Assembly: GCF_006345805.1 (NCBI RefSeq)
Contig: NW_021832881.1
Location: 1-29,668 of the forward strand
Source of the DNA: Octopus sinensis
Lineage: Eukaryota
DNA length: 29,668 bases
Direction: 5' to 3'
Shown here: positions 12,006 to 23,073 of the stretch, piece by piece
Position numbering within the stretch: position 1 is the stretch's first letter
Layout of the letters: each line of letters begins with the position of its first letter
Made by a program: the position numbers and the translations under genes
The notes under the pieces: model-generated
Told to the model about the DNA's origin: nothing
The model's database searches: none
What the model saw: the letters and a program-made list of their open reading frames with translations, nothing else

Positions 12006-12101
12006 AGGTAGTGAGCTGGCAGAATCGGTAGCACACCGGGCAAAATGCTTAGCGACATTTTGTTCTACTTAACATTCTGAGTTCAAATCCCGCCGAAGTC
12101 G
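12006..12101 (+). mobile_element. SINE family A, 5' half
   Basis: aggtagtgagctggcagaatcggtagcacaccggg...gagttcaaatcccgccgaagtcgat, then truncated. Confidence 0.85.
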
Positions 12102-12290
12102 ATATATATATATGTATGTATGTATATACGTCGGGTTTCTTTCATTTTCCGTCTGCCAAATCCACTCACAAAGCTTTGGTCGGCCCGAGGCTTTTGTAGA
12201 AGACACTTGTCCAAGGTGCCACGCAGTGGACCAGAACCCGGAACCATGTTTTGGGAAGTAAACATTTTACCACACAACTTCGCCTGTACC
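12102..12290 (-). mobile_element. SINE family B, 5' half
   Basis: ccaaatccactcacaaagctttggtcggcccgagg...ccaaggtgccacgcagtgg matches the copy at 2828-3241. Confidence 0.85.
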
Positions 12291-12626
12291 TACAACACGT
12301 GTTATAAATTATTTAAAAACTTTTATATATTAAATCGTTTTTGGCAAATGGCGATGTATTTGTAGGATGAGAAGAGTGATAGAATAAATGGAGCCGCGGA
12401 TTAGTAGAACCAATAAAGCAACAGACAAAATTATGAGGTATAGTAAGATAATTAGTAAAATTAGTAAAAGCAAAAGTGAAGCAGAAATGCCTAAGCTGTT
12501 AGTCGGTAGAATCGTTAGATTGACAGATGAAATTATGGGATGTGGTGGTAGAATTAATAAAGCTAAGCACGCAATAGGAATTTTCTGGTAGAAGCAAAAA
12601 TGCAAGGGACATAGTTATTGGACAAT

Positions 12627-13077
12627 AGGCGTGGGAGTGGATGTGTGGTAAGTAGCTTGCTGACGAACCACTTGGTTCCGGGTTCAGTCCCACTGCGTGG
12701 CACCTTGGACAAGTGTCTTCTACTATAGCCTCGGGCCGACCAAAGCCTTGTGAGTGGATTTGGTCGAAGGGAACTGAAAGAAGACCCTTCGTATATATAT
12801 ATATATTATTATATATATATATATATATATTGTGTGTTGTGGTGTTGTGTGTTAATGTATGTTTGTGTTCTGTTTTGTCCCCCCAACATCGCTTGACACC
12901 GATGCTGGTGTGTTTACGTCCCCGTAACTTAGAGGTTCGGCAAAAGTTACTGATGTGATAAGTACTAGGCTTACAAAGAATAAGTCCAGGGGTCGATTTG
13001 ATCGACTAAAGGCGGCGCTCCAGCATGGCCGCAGTCAAATGACTGAAACAAGTAAAAGAATAAATGAATAAAAGAAT
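12627..13077 (+). mobile_element. SINE family B, full length
   Basis: tRNA-like head, B box gggttcagtccc, internal (TA)/(TG) tract, tail ggcggcgctccagcatggccgcagtcaaatgactgaaacaagtaaaagaa. Confidence 0.92.
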
Positions 13078-13812
13078 ATCGATAGAGTGACAGACAAAAA
13101 GATTTGCGATGTTTAAAGCATGAAAATTAAAGTATTGACTTCAACTTTGTAGCAAGGTTGAATTTGATAAATACAAAGCATTTTGAATCTGGGCAAAGTT
13201 TGGGGCTTCAGCACCGCCACCATCACCATCACCATCACCATCACCATCACACCATCAACCACACCATTACCATCACAACAACCGCTAATCACGATGACGG
13301 CGACGACAAACGACACACAGCAAGAAAATAAAGATGTCGTTGACAGTTTTCACAAGAGTTTCTAGCGCTGAGACAAACGAGCTTTCCCCCCATCATCCCA
13401 CCCACACCAACCCCTATTTATTTGTAATACAGAAACTGAAGATAACCTTTAGGTCTCAATTCCTGTTGTGTTGCGGGTCACACGTGGGTTGTTCAGATTT
13501 TTGTGAATCTGCTATCTTGAAATTTTCTAGACAGAATACCTGGGTGTCCAGTGCTATGAAAGCGATAAGCAGACAACAAGTGGGACATGTCACACTTGTC
13601 AACTTCACAAATATATCGCTACACAATATTCAATAGGTATAGGTATATATAGGTATATATATATATAGGTATATATATAGGCATATATATATACATACCT
13701 ATATATATATATATGTATATCATTTGTGTACGTTAAATGATATTTATCTCTCATTGGATGGAGTACTTTTTTGTTGATCTTACCTTACCGGAACAGTAAA
13801 TAATATTATAAT

Positions 13813-13858
<46 letters not shown>

Positions 13859-14051
13859 CATATGTACATACGTACGTACATACATACATTCATACATACA
13901 TTCATACATACGTACATACATACATCACATACACATACATACATACATACATATATAAATATCGGGAACAATGTTTAAAAAATCTGCCTGTTTATTGTCA
14001 TATCTTTTATTTGAATGTGATAACATATTTTGTTTCTTGTTGTACCTTGTT

Positions 14052-14097
<46 letters not shown>

Positions 14098-14184
14098 GTG
14101 TGCGCGCGTATATGTGTGTTTATTGACTTCTTATTCCCATAACAAAAGTAAGAACACGAATATCATTAACAACAGCAACGACAA

Positions 14185-14222
<38 letters not shown>

Positions 14223-14288
14223 ATTATTATTAGTAGTAGTATTTTATTATTATTATTATTTTATTATTATGCTATTATTATTAGTTTT

Positions 14289-14483
14289 GTTTGGCGAGGA
14301 GCGGTGGCGTTGCTGAGAAAAAATCTGAATAAGCGGGATTGTATTGACAACTTTAGGCCCATAACTCTGCTGACTGCAGAGTTCAAATCTTTGGCCAAGG
14401 TGTTAGCTACGAGGTTGGCGCATGTCCTCGGAGATCTGGCAGAGGAGGCACAGACTTTTGGCATCCCGAAAAGTTCCAGTCAC
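14289..14483 (+). mobile_element. Tx1/L1-type LINE fragment, N-terminal RT region
   Basis: GAVALLRKNLNKRDCIDNFRPITLLTAEFKSLAKVLATRLAHVLGDLAEEAQTFGIP contains the classic NFRPITLL..K..AKVL..RL motif. Confidence 0.85.
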
Positions 14484-14553
14484 TAGGGTCGATGTAATCG
14501 ACTATCGCCTCACCCAAATTTCAGGTCTTGTGCCTACAGTAGAAAGGATTATT
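14484..14553 (+). mobile_element. SINE family A 3' fragment with an alternative tail
   Basis: gggtcgatgtaatcgact followed by tttcaggtcttgtgcctacagtagaaaggattatt. Confidence 0.7.
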
Positions 14554-14566
14554 TAGAATTGAATTA

Positions 14567-14805
14567 AGGCAGCGAGCTGGCAGAATCGTTTGCACGTCGG
14601 GCAAAATGCTTAGCAGCATTTCGTCCGTCTCTACGTTCTGAGTTCAAATTTCACCGAGGTCCACTTTGCCTTTCGCCCTTTCGGGTTCGATAAAGTACCA
14701 GTTGAGCACTGGAGCCGATGTATTCGACTTACGCCTCCCCATAAAATTGCTGGCCTTGTGCCAAAATTTGAAACTGTTCTCGCCACGTGCCAAAATTTGA
14801 AACTA
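14567..14805 (+). mobile_element. SINE family A, full length, duplicated tail
   Basis: aggcagcgagctggcagaatcg head, B box gagttcaaatttc, and gtgccaaaatttgaaact present twice. Confidence 0.9.
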
Positions 14806-15924
14806 ATAAAGAGAAATAGTTGAATTGGGCGCTTGACATTTGCCGTCCCTCTTTGATCCTCACCTCTGACATTCGTTTGCAAAATAAATCGTCCTGTGTC
14901 AAAATTTGAAATCATTACTTCGAAGTGAATTAATTCTTATACTGTGCACTTAATTGTTTTATTCTGTATTTTTATTATTGCTTATGTAATTTGTTGTCAA
15001 ACTTACAATCCTGTCATTACAACAAATTTACTTCGTTTAGATTCCATTCGAACTTTTGACCAACGACTAAGAATACTTTCTTGCATTCTTTCCCGATTTC
15101 ATTTTCAACACTAAACTTTCTATTATATTGAAAATATATTCTAAGGTAGAGAGCTAAGATTTAAATGTCACTTTGTTCGCCGCATAATCTAAATTTGCTT
15201 TTCGTTCTTCTCGGTGGTTAAAACAGTACCACAACGGTGTAATTCGTCTCAGGTTGCACAATTATTTCGATTTTATTTCGATTTTATGTCTTCTGATTTA
15301 AGGAGAAACTAAATACACAAACAGTTAACCGTGTATATACATGCACACACTCATAAACACACACACACATACACACATACACACATACACACATACTTGC
15401 ATATGTAGGCATATGTATATATTTTTATATCCTTGTATATTTATGTCACACAATCCCACATATACATGCATACTTGTATACACACACATGTATATACATA
15501 CACACATACTGTATTTGCATTCTTTTCTTGCTTATATTTAAATATATTATTAAAAATTGCCCTACTACCAATGCGGCCATATTAAAGATGGGGGACCGAG
15601 TGTTGCAGGCTATAGATATGGATGAGCATACGTCTACTAGCCACAATAATTGTTTCATGTACGAGGAATTTTTTAATTATCTAAATGAAATATTCTCCAA
15701 GAAAGAGGAATGGAATGCTAACAAATCCACCTGTCAGTTATTTGCACTGAATTGGTGACAATAGAATCTTGACAACGGTGCGTCACAGTTATGGCCAATA
15801 AATTTACATAAACTTTCAATGGACTCCGTCTGTCATCAGTGACCATCGACAAGGGTGATTGTTGTCCACTCGCACTTGGTTGAATTTCTTCATTTCGACA
15901 TTCGGAGCACTGGGCAGAAATTAC

Positions 15925-16140
15925 CCCGTGTCTGTGTTCTCTCTTTTAAAACACGGAAGCACAACTCTTCAATGTATTCGCGATCGTAGTTGTCGTCTTT
16001 GGGGACACTAGGAGCGAGATCAAGTGAACGAGAGAGCACATCCAAGGAGAGGAGGTCGTGGACGAAGTGATTGACAATTGTTGTCAGCGGATGTTTTTCT
16101 GTCTGTTATGCGGAAGGTATTTCGCGAGAATATCTTGCTC
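15925..16140 (-). CDS. Candidate coding exon (or pseudo-exon) of an unidentified protein, with an in-frame TAA at 16106-16108
   Basis: Acceptor ttttacag|G at 16140 and donor G|GTAATT at 15925 give 216 nt. The frame reads ARYSREIPSA*QTEKHPLTTIVNHFVHDLLSLDVLSRSLDLAPSVPKDDNYDREYIEELCFRVLKERTQTR. An alternative acceptor cataacag| at 16102 gives a stop-free 178-nt exon. Confidence 0.45.
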
Positions 16141-16146
16141 CTGTAA

Positions 16147-16572
16147 AATGTATGTATGTACGTATGTATGTATGTATGTATGTATGTATGTATGTATGTA
16201 TGTATGTATGTATGTATGTGTGTATGCATGCATGTATGCATGTATGTATGTATGTATGTATGTATGTATGTATGTATGTGTGTGTCTGTCTATATGTGTG
16301 TATGTATGCATGTATGTATGTATGTATGAATGTATGAATGTATGTATGTATGTATATGTGTGTGTGTGTATGTATGTATGTATGTATGTACGTACGTATG
16401 TATGTATGAAAGTATGAATGTATGTATGTATGTATGTATGTATGTATGTATGTATGTATGTATGTGTGTGTGTATGTATGTATGTATGTATGTATGTATG
16501 TATTTATGAATGTATGAATGTATGTATGTATGTATGTATGTATGTATGTATTGTATTGTGTGTGTGTATGTA
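16147..16572. repeat. (TATG)n microsatellite
   Basis: Read directly from the sequence. Confidence 0.95.
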
Positions 16573-16588
16573 TGTTTGCATCAATAAA

Positions 16589-16823
16589 AGGGCGGCGAGC
16601 TGGCAGAAATGTTAGCACGCCGAACGAAATGCTTAGCGGTGTTTCGTCTGCCGTTACGTTCTGAGTTCAAATTCTGCCGAGGTCGACTTTGCCTTTCATC
16701 CTTTCGGGGTCGATTAAATAAGTACCAGTTACGCACTGGGATCGATGTAATCGACTTAATACCTTTGTCTGTCCTTGTTTGTCCTCTCTGTGTTTAGCCT
16801 CTTGTGGGCAATAAAGAAATAAA
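16589..16823 (+). mobile_element. SINE family A, full length, third tail type
   Basis: ggcggcgagctggcagaaatgttagcacgcc head, B box gagttcaaattct, tail ctttgtctgtccttgtttgtcctctctgtgtttagcctcttgtgggcaataaagaaataa. Confidence 0.92.
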
Positions 16824-17010
16824 TATAAGTTTCTGTATTTACATCTATAAAACTATGCAATCATGCCAGTATATATGCGTGTGTGCATGTATATTATATA
16901 TACTAATAATCTGTTTGTTTGGGTACATCACCTGCCTTCGTCTTTGTTTTTGCGTAAACTCTTCCCATATATATATTATATATATATATATATATTATGA
17001 TATATATATA

Positions 17011-17052
<42 letters not shown>

Positions 17053-17399
17053 TGCATGAATGTTTTGTATGTATACATGTAGCTGTAGTTATTTTGTATG
17101 TATGTATGTATGTATAAAGGCACATATGTGTTCATATATGCACGATGCACGTTTACATGTATGTACATATATGTGTATATATATATATATATGTATGTAT
17201 GTATGTATCTATGTATGCATGTATCTATGTATGCATGTGCATGTATGTATATATGTGTGTATGTATGTATGTTGTTATGTATGCCTGTATGCATGCTCAT
17301 TGTTTCTTCCCGCGGTGTCTTAATTACTCAACACAACGACATACTTTAGTTGTACACAGTGAGAAACTTTGTGCAAAACTTCATAATAAACAATTCGCC

Positions 17400-18140
17400 T
17401 GATGAGGAGTTTATTTTTACTTCAGCTTCCCCTCCTACTCTTCCTCCTCCCGTTCATCTTCTCCCTCTTTGCTTCCTCCTCGTACTTATTCCTCTTTTTA
17501 TCCTCGCCATTCCTCTGCGACTATTGCGATAATCATCGGCATACTCCACCTTCCCCTCATCATCATCATCATCATCATCATCATATGTCGTCATACGACA
17601 ACCACGACCACCTTCATCCCACCTACTGCCACCGACCATCACCACCACCACCACCACCACAACAACAACAACAACAACAGTAACTTCGTTTCCGTTGACA
17701 TCGCATCACCGCCACCGCCCCCGCGAAGACAATAACATTGTAATCATCGAAGAATCGATTAAGACCATGAGGATGAGGATGAGAATGATGATGATGATGA
17801 GGAGGAGGAGGAAAAAGAAGTAGAGGAGGGAGAAGAGGAAGATGAGGAAGATGAGGATGATGATGAGGAGGAGGATGAAGAGGAAGGTGAGAAGGAAGGT
17901 GAGAAAGATAAGGAGGAGGAAGATGTGGATAGGAAGATGAGGTAGAGGCGAAGGAGGAGGGAGCATTGGTGGTGGTGATGGTGTTGGTGGCGTGCATGGC
18001 GGTTACGGAGTTCGATTTGTGATGGCGATAATTGTGATGATGCTGGGCGCGGAGGGGAGAGTGATTGTTATACAAAAATGATGATGATGGCGATGGTGAT
18101 GATAACGATGATGGTGATGATGTGGATGATGATGAAGATC
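17400..18140. repeat. Compound trinucleotide low-complexity region (CCT, CAT, CAC, CAA, GAT, GAG, GGT)
   Basis: Read directly from the sequence. Explains the poly-H/P/Q/D ORFs. Confidence 0.9.
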
Positions 18141-18619
18141 ATGAATATACAGTGGCTACATTTCACCCCCCTTCACACAAATTCTTTCTCCCCTACTTTT
18201 CTCTCCACTCCCTATCCCCCCTCTCTCCCCTCAGTTCTTTCCCAAATTTCGAAAATGGTAAAACAAAAGCTCAGTCACAATGGATCACTGATTTGTCCGT
18301 GTTGTGAAGAGGCGGCGGGAAAGATGACAGGAATTGGCGCGGTGGCGGGGCGGCGGCGGCGGCGGCGGTTTGGTGTGGCAGAGATTGTAGAAGGTGTGAG
18401 AATGTGAGTGTGTGTGAGTGTGTCTTTGTATGTGTGTGGTGTTTGTGTGTGTGTGTGTGAATGTGTGAATGTGTATACCAGAAAATAAATGTGCTTTTGT
18501 GCTTACATAAATACGTGTGTGTGCGCGCGCACCCGCGCTTCTGTGTCTACCTGTGTGCACACACACACACACGTATTTATGTAAGCATTTACAGGCACAT
18601 ATACGATTTATGCATACAG

Positions 18620-18704
<85 letters not shown>

Positions 18705-18993
18705 GTGTGTATGTATATACATGTATGTATGTGTATTAATGCCTGTATTTAAGCTTGTGAGAGAGAGAATGAGTGTATATAGCGTGTGTGTTTGCGTTCG
18801 TACGTATGTTTGTGTGTGTATATATATTTCTGTACATTGTATGTATATACGTGTGTGTCCAGTGTGCGTGCGTGTGTGTTTGTGTGTGCGTGCGTGCGTA
18901 TGTATTTGTATATGTAATTTATGTACACACACTCATACATACACACACACATATATACATACGTACACACATGCATACAGACATATACACATT

Positions 18994-19032
<39 letters not shown>

Positions 19033-19157
19033 CATGCATACATACATACATTTGTGTATGCATGCATTATATATATATATATATATATATGTATACACAC
19101 ACACACACACATATACATACGTACACACATGCATACATACATACATTTGTGTATGCA

Positions 19158-19193
<36 letters not shown>

Positions 19194-19213
19194 GTATACA
19201 CACACACACACAC

Positions 19214-19289
<76 letters not shown>

Positions 19290-20034
19290 GAAGCATACAT
19301 ACAAGTGTATATCTTGTTCACATATCTTTAGCTCTGTGTATATATATATATATATATATTTTACTGACTCATTTCATGCGTGTATAATTATTTTACTTCT
19401 GCAATTCAATGCGAGTGCTCAAGTGTGCGCATGCATGTGCGCTTTTATGTATTTATGTTTACATCTACCATTGTATACATGCGTGAACACGCGCCTGTGT
19501 ACGCGCACACTTGTGAGCACAAGTATTGATATACGGTGTGTGTGTGTGTGTGTCGTAATCTTTGTTAATTCCATCATCACTTCTGTTGTTTTAAATTAAA
19601 TCTTCCTTGGTTTATATTTATTATTATCTTTTTTATGTTTATATTACTTCATTATTTCGATGATATTGTTTGTTTTCTTATCTTCTGTTTGTTTCGTTAT
19701 TTTACAATCATTCCTCTGTTTCTGTCTCACTCCTCCATCTCCACCATTCACACGGTCACCACCACCATCTTCGCCAAAGTGCAAACACCTCCCACCCACC
19801 CACACCACCAGCAAGATGAAACCACTCCACAACCCCCACCCCCCACTCCTCTTCGTATTATATTTACTGATTGACGAATGCAAATACCTGACAATTTTGT
19901 TTCCACAACCAATAAGTCTTCAAACCTCACGCATCAACTTTCTCCAAGTCACGATATGTCGATGTTATCAAGAAATATCTGAGACGACAAATTCTTCCAT
20001 TATTTTTCCTTGTTTTGTCTATGTGACTCCTTGT

Positions 20035-20485
20035 ATGTACGTATATATGTGTGTATGTATGTATGTATGTATGTATGTATGTATGTATGTATGTATGCAT
20101 GTATGTATGTATGTATGTATGTATGTATGTATGTATGTATGTATGTATGTATGTATGCATGTACGTATGTATGTATGTATGTATGTATGCATGTACGTAT
20201 GTATGTATGTATGTATGTATGTATGTATGTATGTATGTATGTATGTATGCATGTATGTATGCATGTATGTATGTATGTATGTATGTATGTATGTATGCAT
20301 GTATGTATGTATGTATGTATGTATGTATGTATGTATGTATGTATATATGTATGTATGCATGTATGTATGTATGTATGTATGTATGTATGTATGTATGCAT
20401 GTATGTATGTATGTATGTATGTATGTATGTATGTATGTATGTATGGATATATGTATGTATGCATGTATGTATGTATGCATGTATG

Positions 20486-20517
<32 letters not shown>

Positions 20518-20525
20518 CATGTATG

Positions 20526-20584
<59 letters not shown>

Positions 20585-20676
20585 ATATGTATATATGTAT
20601 GTATGTATGTATGTATATATGTATATATGTATGTATGTATGTATGCATGTATGTATATATGTATGTATGTATTATG

Positions 20677-20708
<32 letters not shown>

Positions 20709-20780
20709 CATGTATGTATATATGTATATATGTATGTATGTATGTATGTATATATGTATGTATGTATGTATGCATGTATG

Positions 20781-20871
<91 letters not shown>

Positions 20872-20936
20872 ATATGTATATATGTATGTATGTATGTATG
20901 TATATATGTATATATGTATGTATGTATGCATGTATG

Positions 20937-20996
<60 letters not shown>

Positions 20997-21004
20997 CATG
21001 TATG

Positions 21005-21035
<31 letters not shown>

Positions 21036-21103
21036 ATATGTATGTATGTATTATGTAGTATGCATGCATATATATAATGTATGTATGTATGTATGTATGT
21101 ATG

Positions 21104-21137
<34 letters not shown>

Positions 21138-21143
21138 TGTATG

Positions 21144-21175
<32 letters not shown>

Positions 21176-21365
21176 CATGTATGTATATATGTATGTATGT
21201 ACGTATGTATGCATGCATGTACGTATGTATGTATGTATGTATGTATGCATGTATGTATGTACGTATGTATGTATGTATGTATGTATGTATGTATGTATGT
21301 ATGTATGCATGCATGTACGTATGTATGTATGTATGTATGTATGCATGCATGTATGTATGTATGTG
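20035..21365. repeat. ~1.3-kb (TATG)n array with TGCA, TATA and TACG variant units
   Basis: Read directly from the sequence. Source of the 597-aa and other MYVC/HTYI ORFs. Confidence 0.97.
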
Positions 21366-22000
21366 TGTCAATTTACGCATGTGTTTGCGTTTGTGTGTGT
21401 GTGTGTATGTTATGTGTGAATGTATCTATGCATGCATATTTATTTATGTATAACTCTATGTACGCATGTGTGTATGTCTTCATGTATGTATATATACTAA
21501 TATATGTGTGTATGTATCTGTATGTTTATGCATACATGTGTATGCATCTGCTTCTGCCTGTCTGTATATGCGTGCGTACATATGCGTCTATGGTTGTGTT
21601 TGTGTGTGTGTGTTTGTGTACGTGTGATGTAATCAAAATACAATAGTTGTTTAATGCTTTTTCATTTTAATATACAACAACAATAACAACAGCACCACCA
21701 CCACCACCACCACCACCACAACCATCACCACCTTCACCACCACCACCAACAACAACAACCACAACAACTGTAGCAGCAGCAGCAGCAATAGCAGCGAGAG
21801 TATTTTGCTTTGAAAATAAACAGGAAATAATGTTTACTTATTAGTTACAAGAAGATTGAAAGACTTTAATTAATAGGGGAGATTTAATTTTAAAAAAAAG
21901 CTAAATACCAAACACTTAAAAAATAAATAGACTGTGTTGCGGGGGAAGGACGAGGAAATAATAGATAATAACAACAACAACAACGTCAGCCCACATATTA

Positions 22001-22045
<45 letters not shown>

Positions 22046-22073
22046 AACAATATGTTACATTACTCGGTAGTCA

Positions 22074-22137
22074 AGATAAAACACTGAGTTTCAGATGCCG
22101 AAGTGGAAATCCACAACAACCATCTCTTCGGTTATCT
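22074..22137 (-). ncRNA. Putative type I hammerhead-ribozyme-like motif, left-arm copy
   Basis: Reverse complement of the 22869-22931 motif, with one extra nucleotide in the stem II loop. Confidence 0.45.
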
Positions 22138-22868
22138 GGCTATTTGAAAACGTTATGAAAAAATACCGTTAAAAATGAAGGGAATTACTCTGTTATAACT
22201 TTGCTTTGCCTGCGTACTTATACATCGCTCGCATTTTTCGTCATAAAAATTATATAAAAATACATAAAAAATATATAAAAAATATATAAAAATATATAAA
22301 TTCTTCTTGGGACATAACATAGAAAGCATGTTCTATCTGTTTTCTTTAGGGGACCAAAAACGTAATAGAAACTTAGTCACATGTGGGCATGATCCGAAAA
22401 GCTCTGTCCTTCTATTTAGACATGTAGTAGGGTCTAAGCTGCTTTTCCAGATAAGCCATCTCTCCATGTCGCATAGACCGCACCTTCCGCTGCCGTTAGT
22501 ATAGGGCTTACATCTGGCCAAAAGGTGCGGTCTATGCGACATGGAGAGATGGCTTATCTGGAAAAGCAGCTTAGACCCTACTACATGTCTAAATAGAAGG
22601 ACAGAGCTTTTCGGATCATGCCCACATGTGACTAAGTTTCTATTACGTTTTTGGTCCCCTAAAGAAAACAGATAGAACATGCTTTCTATGTTATGTCCCA
22701 AGAAGAATTTATATATTTTTATATATTTTTTATATATTTTTTATGTATTTTTATATAATTTTTATGACGAAAAATGCGAGCGATGTATAAGTACGCAGGC
22801 AAGCAGAGATATAACAGAGTAATTTCCCTTTATTTAACGGTATTTTTTCATAACGTTTTCAAATAGCC

Positions 22869-22931
22869 AGATAACCGAAGAGATGGTGTTGTGGATTTCC
22901 ACTTCGGCATCTGAAACTCAGTGTTTTATCT
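22869..22931 (+). ncRNA. Putative type I hammerhead-ribozyme-like motif (variant core)
   Basis: Stem I AGATAA/TTATCT; core CCGAAGA; stem II GATG/CATC; (T)GAAA; short stem III AC..GT; GTT cleavage triplet. Deviates from the CUGANGA/GAAA consensus at U4 and by one extra U. Confidence 0.5.
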
Positions 22932-23040
22932 TGACTACCGAGTAATGTAACGTATTGTATAGATAAATTTCCTCTATTTACATAATATTGAGGTCTCTTT
23001 CTTTCTTTTGTTATCTTACCGTTTTATCAATATATATATA

Positions 23041-23073
<33 letters not shown>

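Larger units (their letters stand above)
22041..23029. mobile_element. Penelope-like element: two 3'-end copies in inverted orientation forming a ~925-bp palindrome, inserted in (TA)n
   Basis: Arms 22041-22486 and 22522-22965 are reverse complements around a 35-nt spacer. The minus strand encodes LARCKPYTNGSGRCGLCDMERWLIWKSSLDPTTCLNRRTELFGSCPHVTKF, resembling the C-terminal Cys/His region of PLE GIY-YIG endonucleases. (TA)n lies on both sides. Confidence 0.8.

Noticed and set aside
12330-12605. Overlapping 91-aa hydrophobic (minus) and 67-aa Lys-rich (plus) ORFs
   Set aside because: Low-complexity AT-skewed sequence between two SINEs; no donor site and no recognisable domain.
13779-13800. 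Tandem strong minus-strand donors (CCG|GTAAGGTAAGA)
   Set aside because: Upstream sequence is TA/TGTA microsatellite with no credible coding exon; a non-coding exon cannot be excluded.
15474-15758. Plus-strand ORF with a weak EF-hand-like look (AIDMD...YEEFFNYL)
   Set aside because: Loop spacing does not fit an EF-hand, it starts in a microsatellite, and it has no good splice sites.
15800-15845. CTGATGA...GAAA on the minus strand (other CTGATGA at 1204, 17399, ~26145)
   Set aside because: No consistent stems I-III, so not hammerheads.
16589-16680. tRNA-like A/B boxes here and in other SINE heads
   Set aside because: No complete cloverleaf, and each continues into a repeated SINE body, so these are not tRNA genes.
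19660-21453. 597-aa ORF and overlapping 150-380-aa ORFs
   Set aside because: Translations of (TATG)n (MYVC/HTYI repeats); this repeat lacks stops in several frames.
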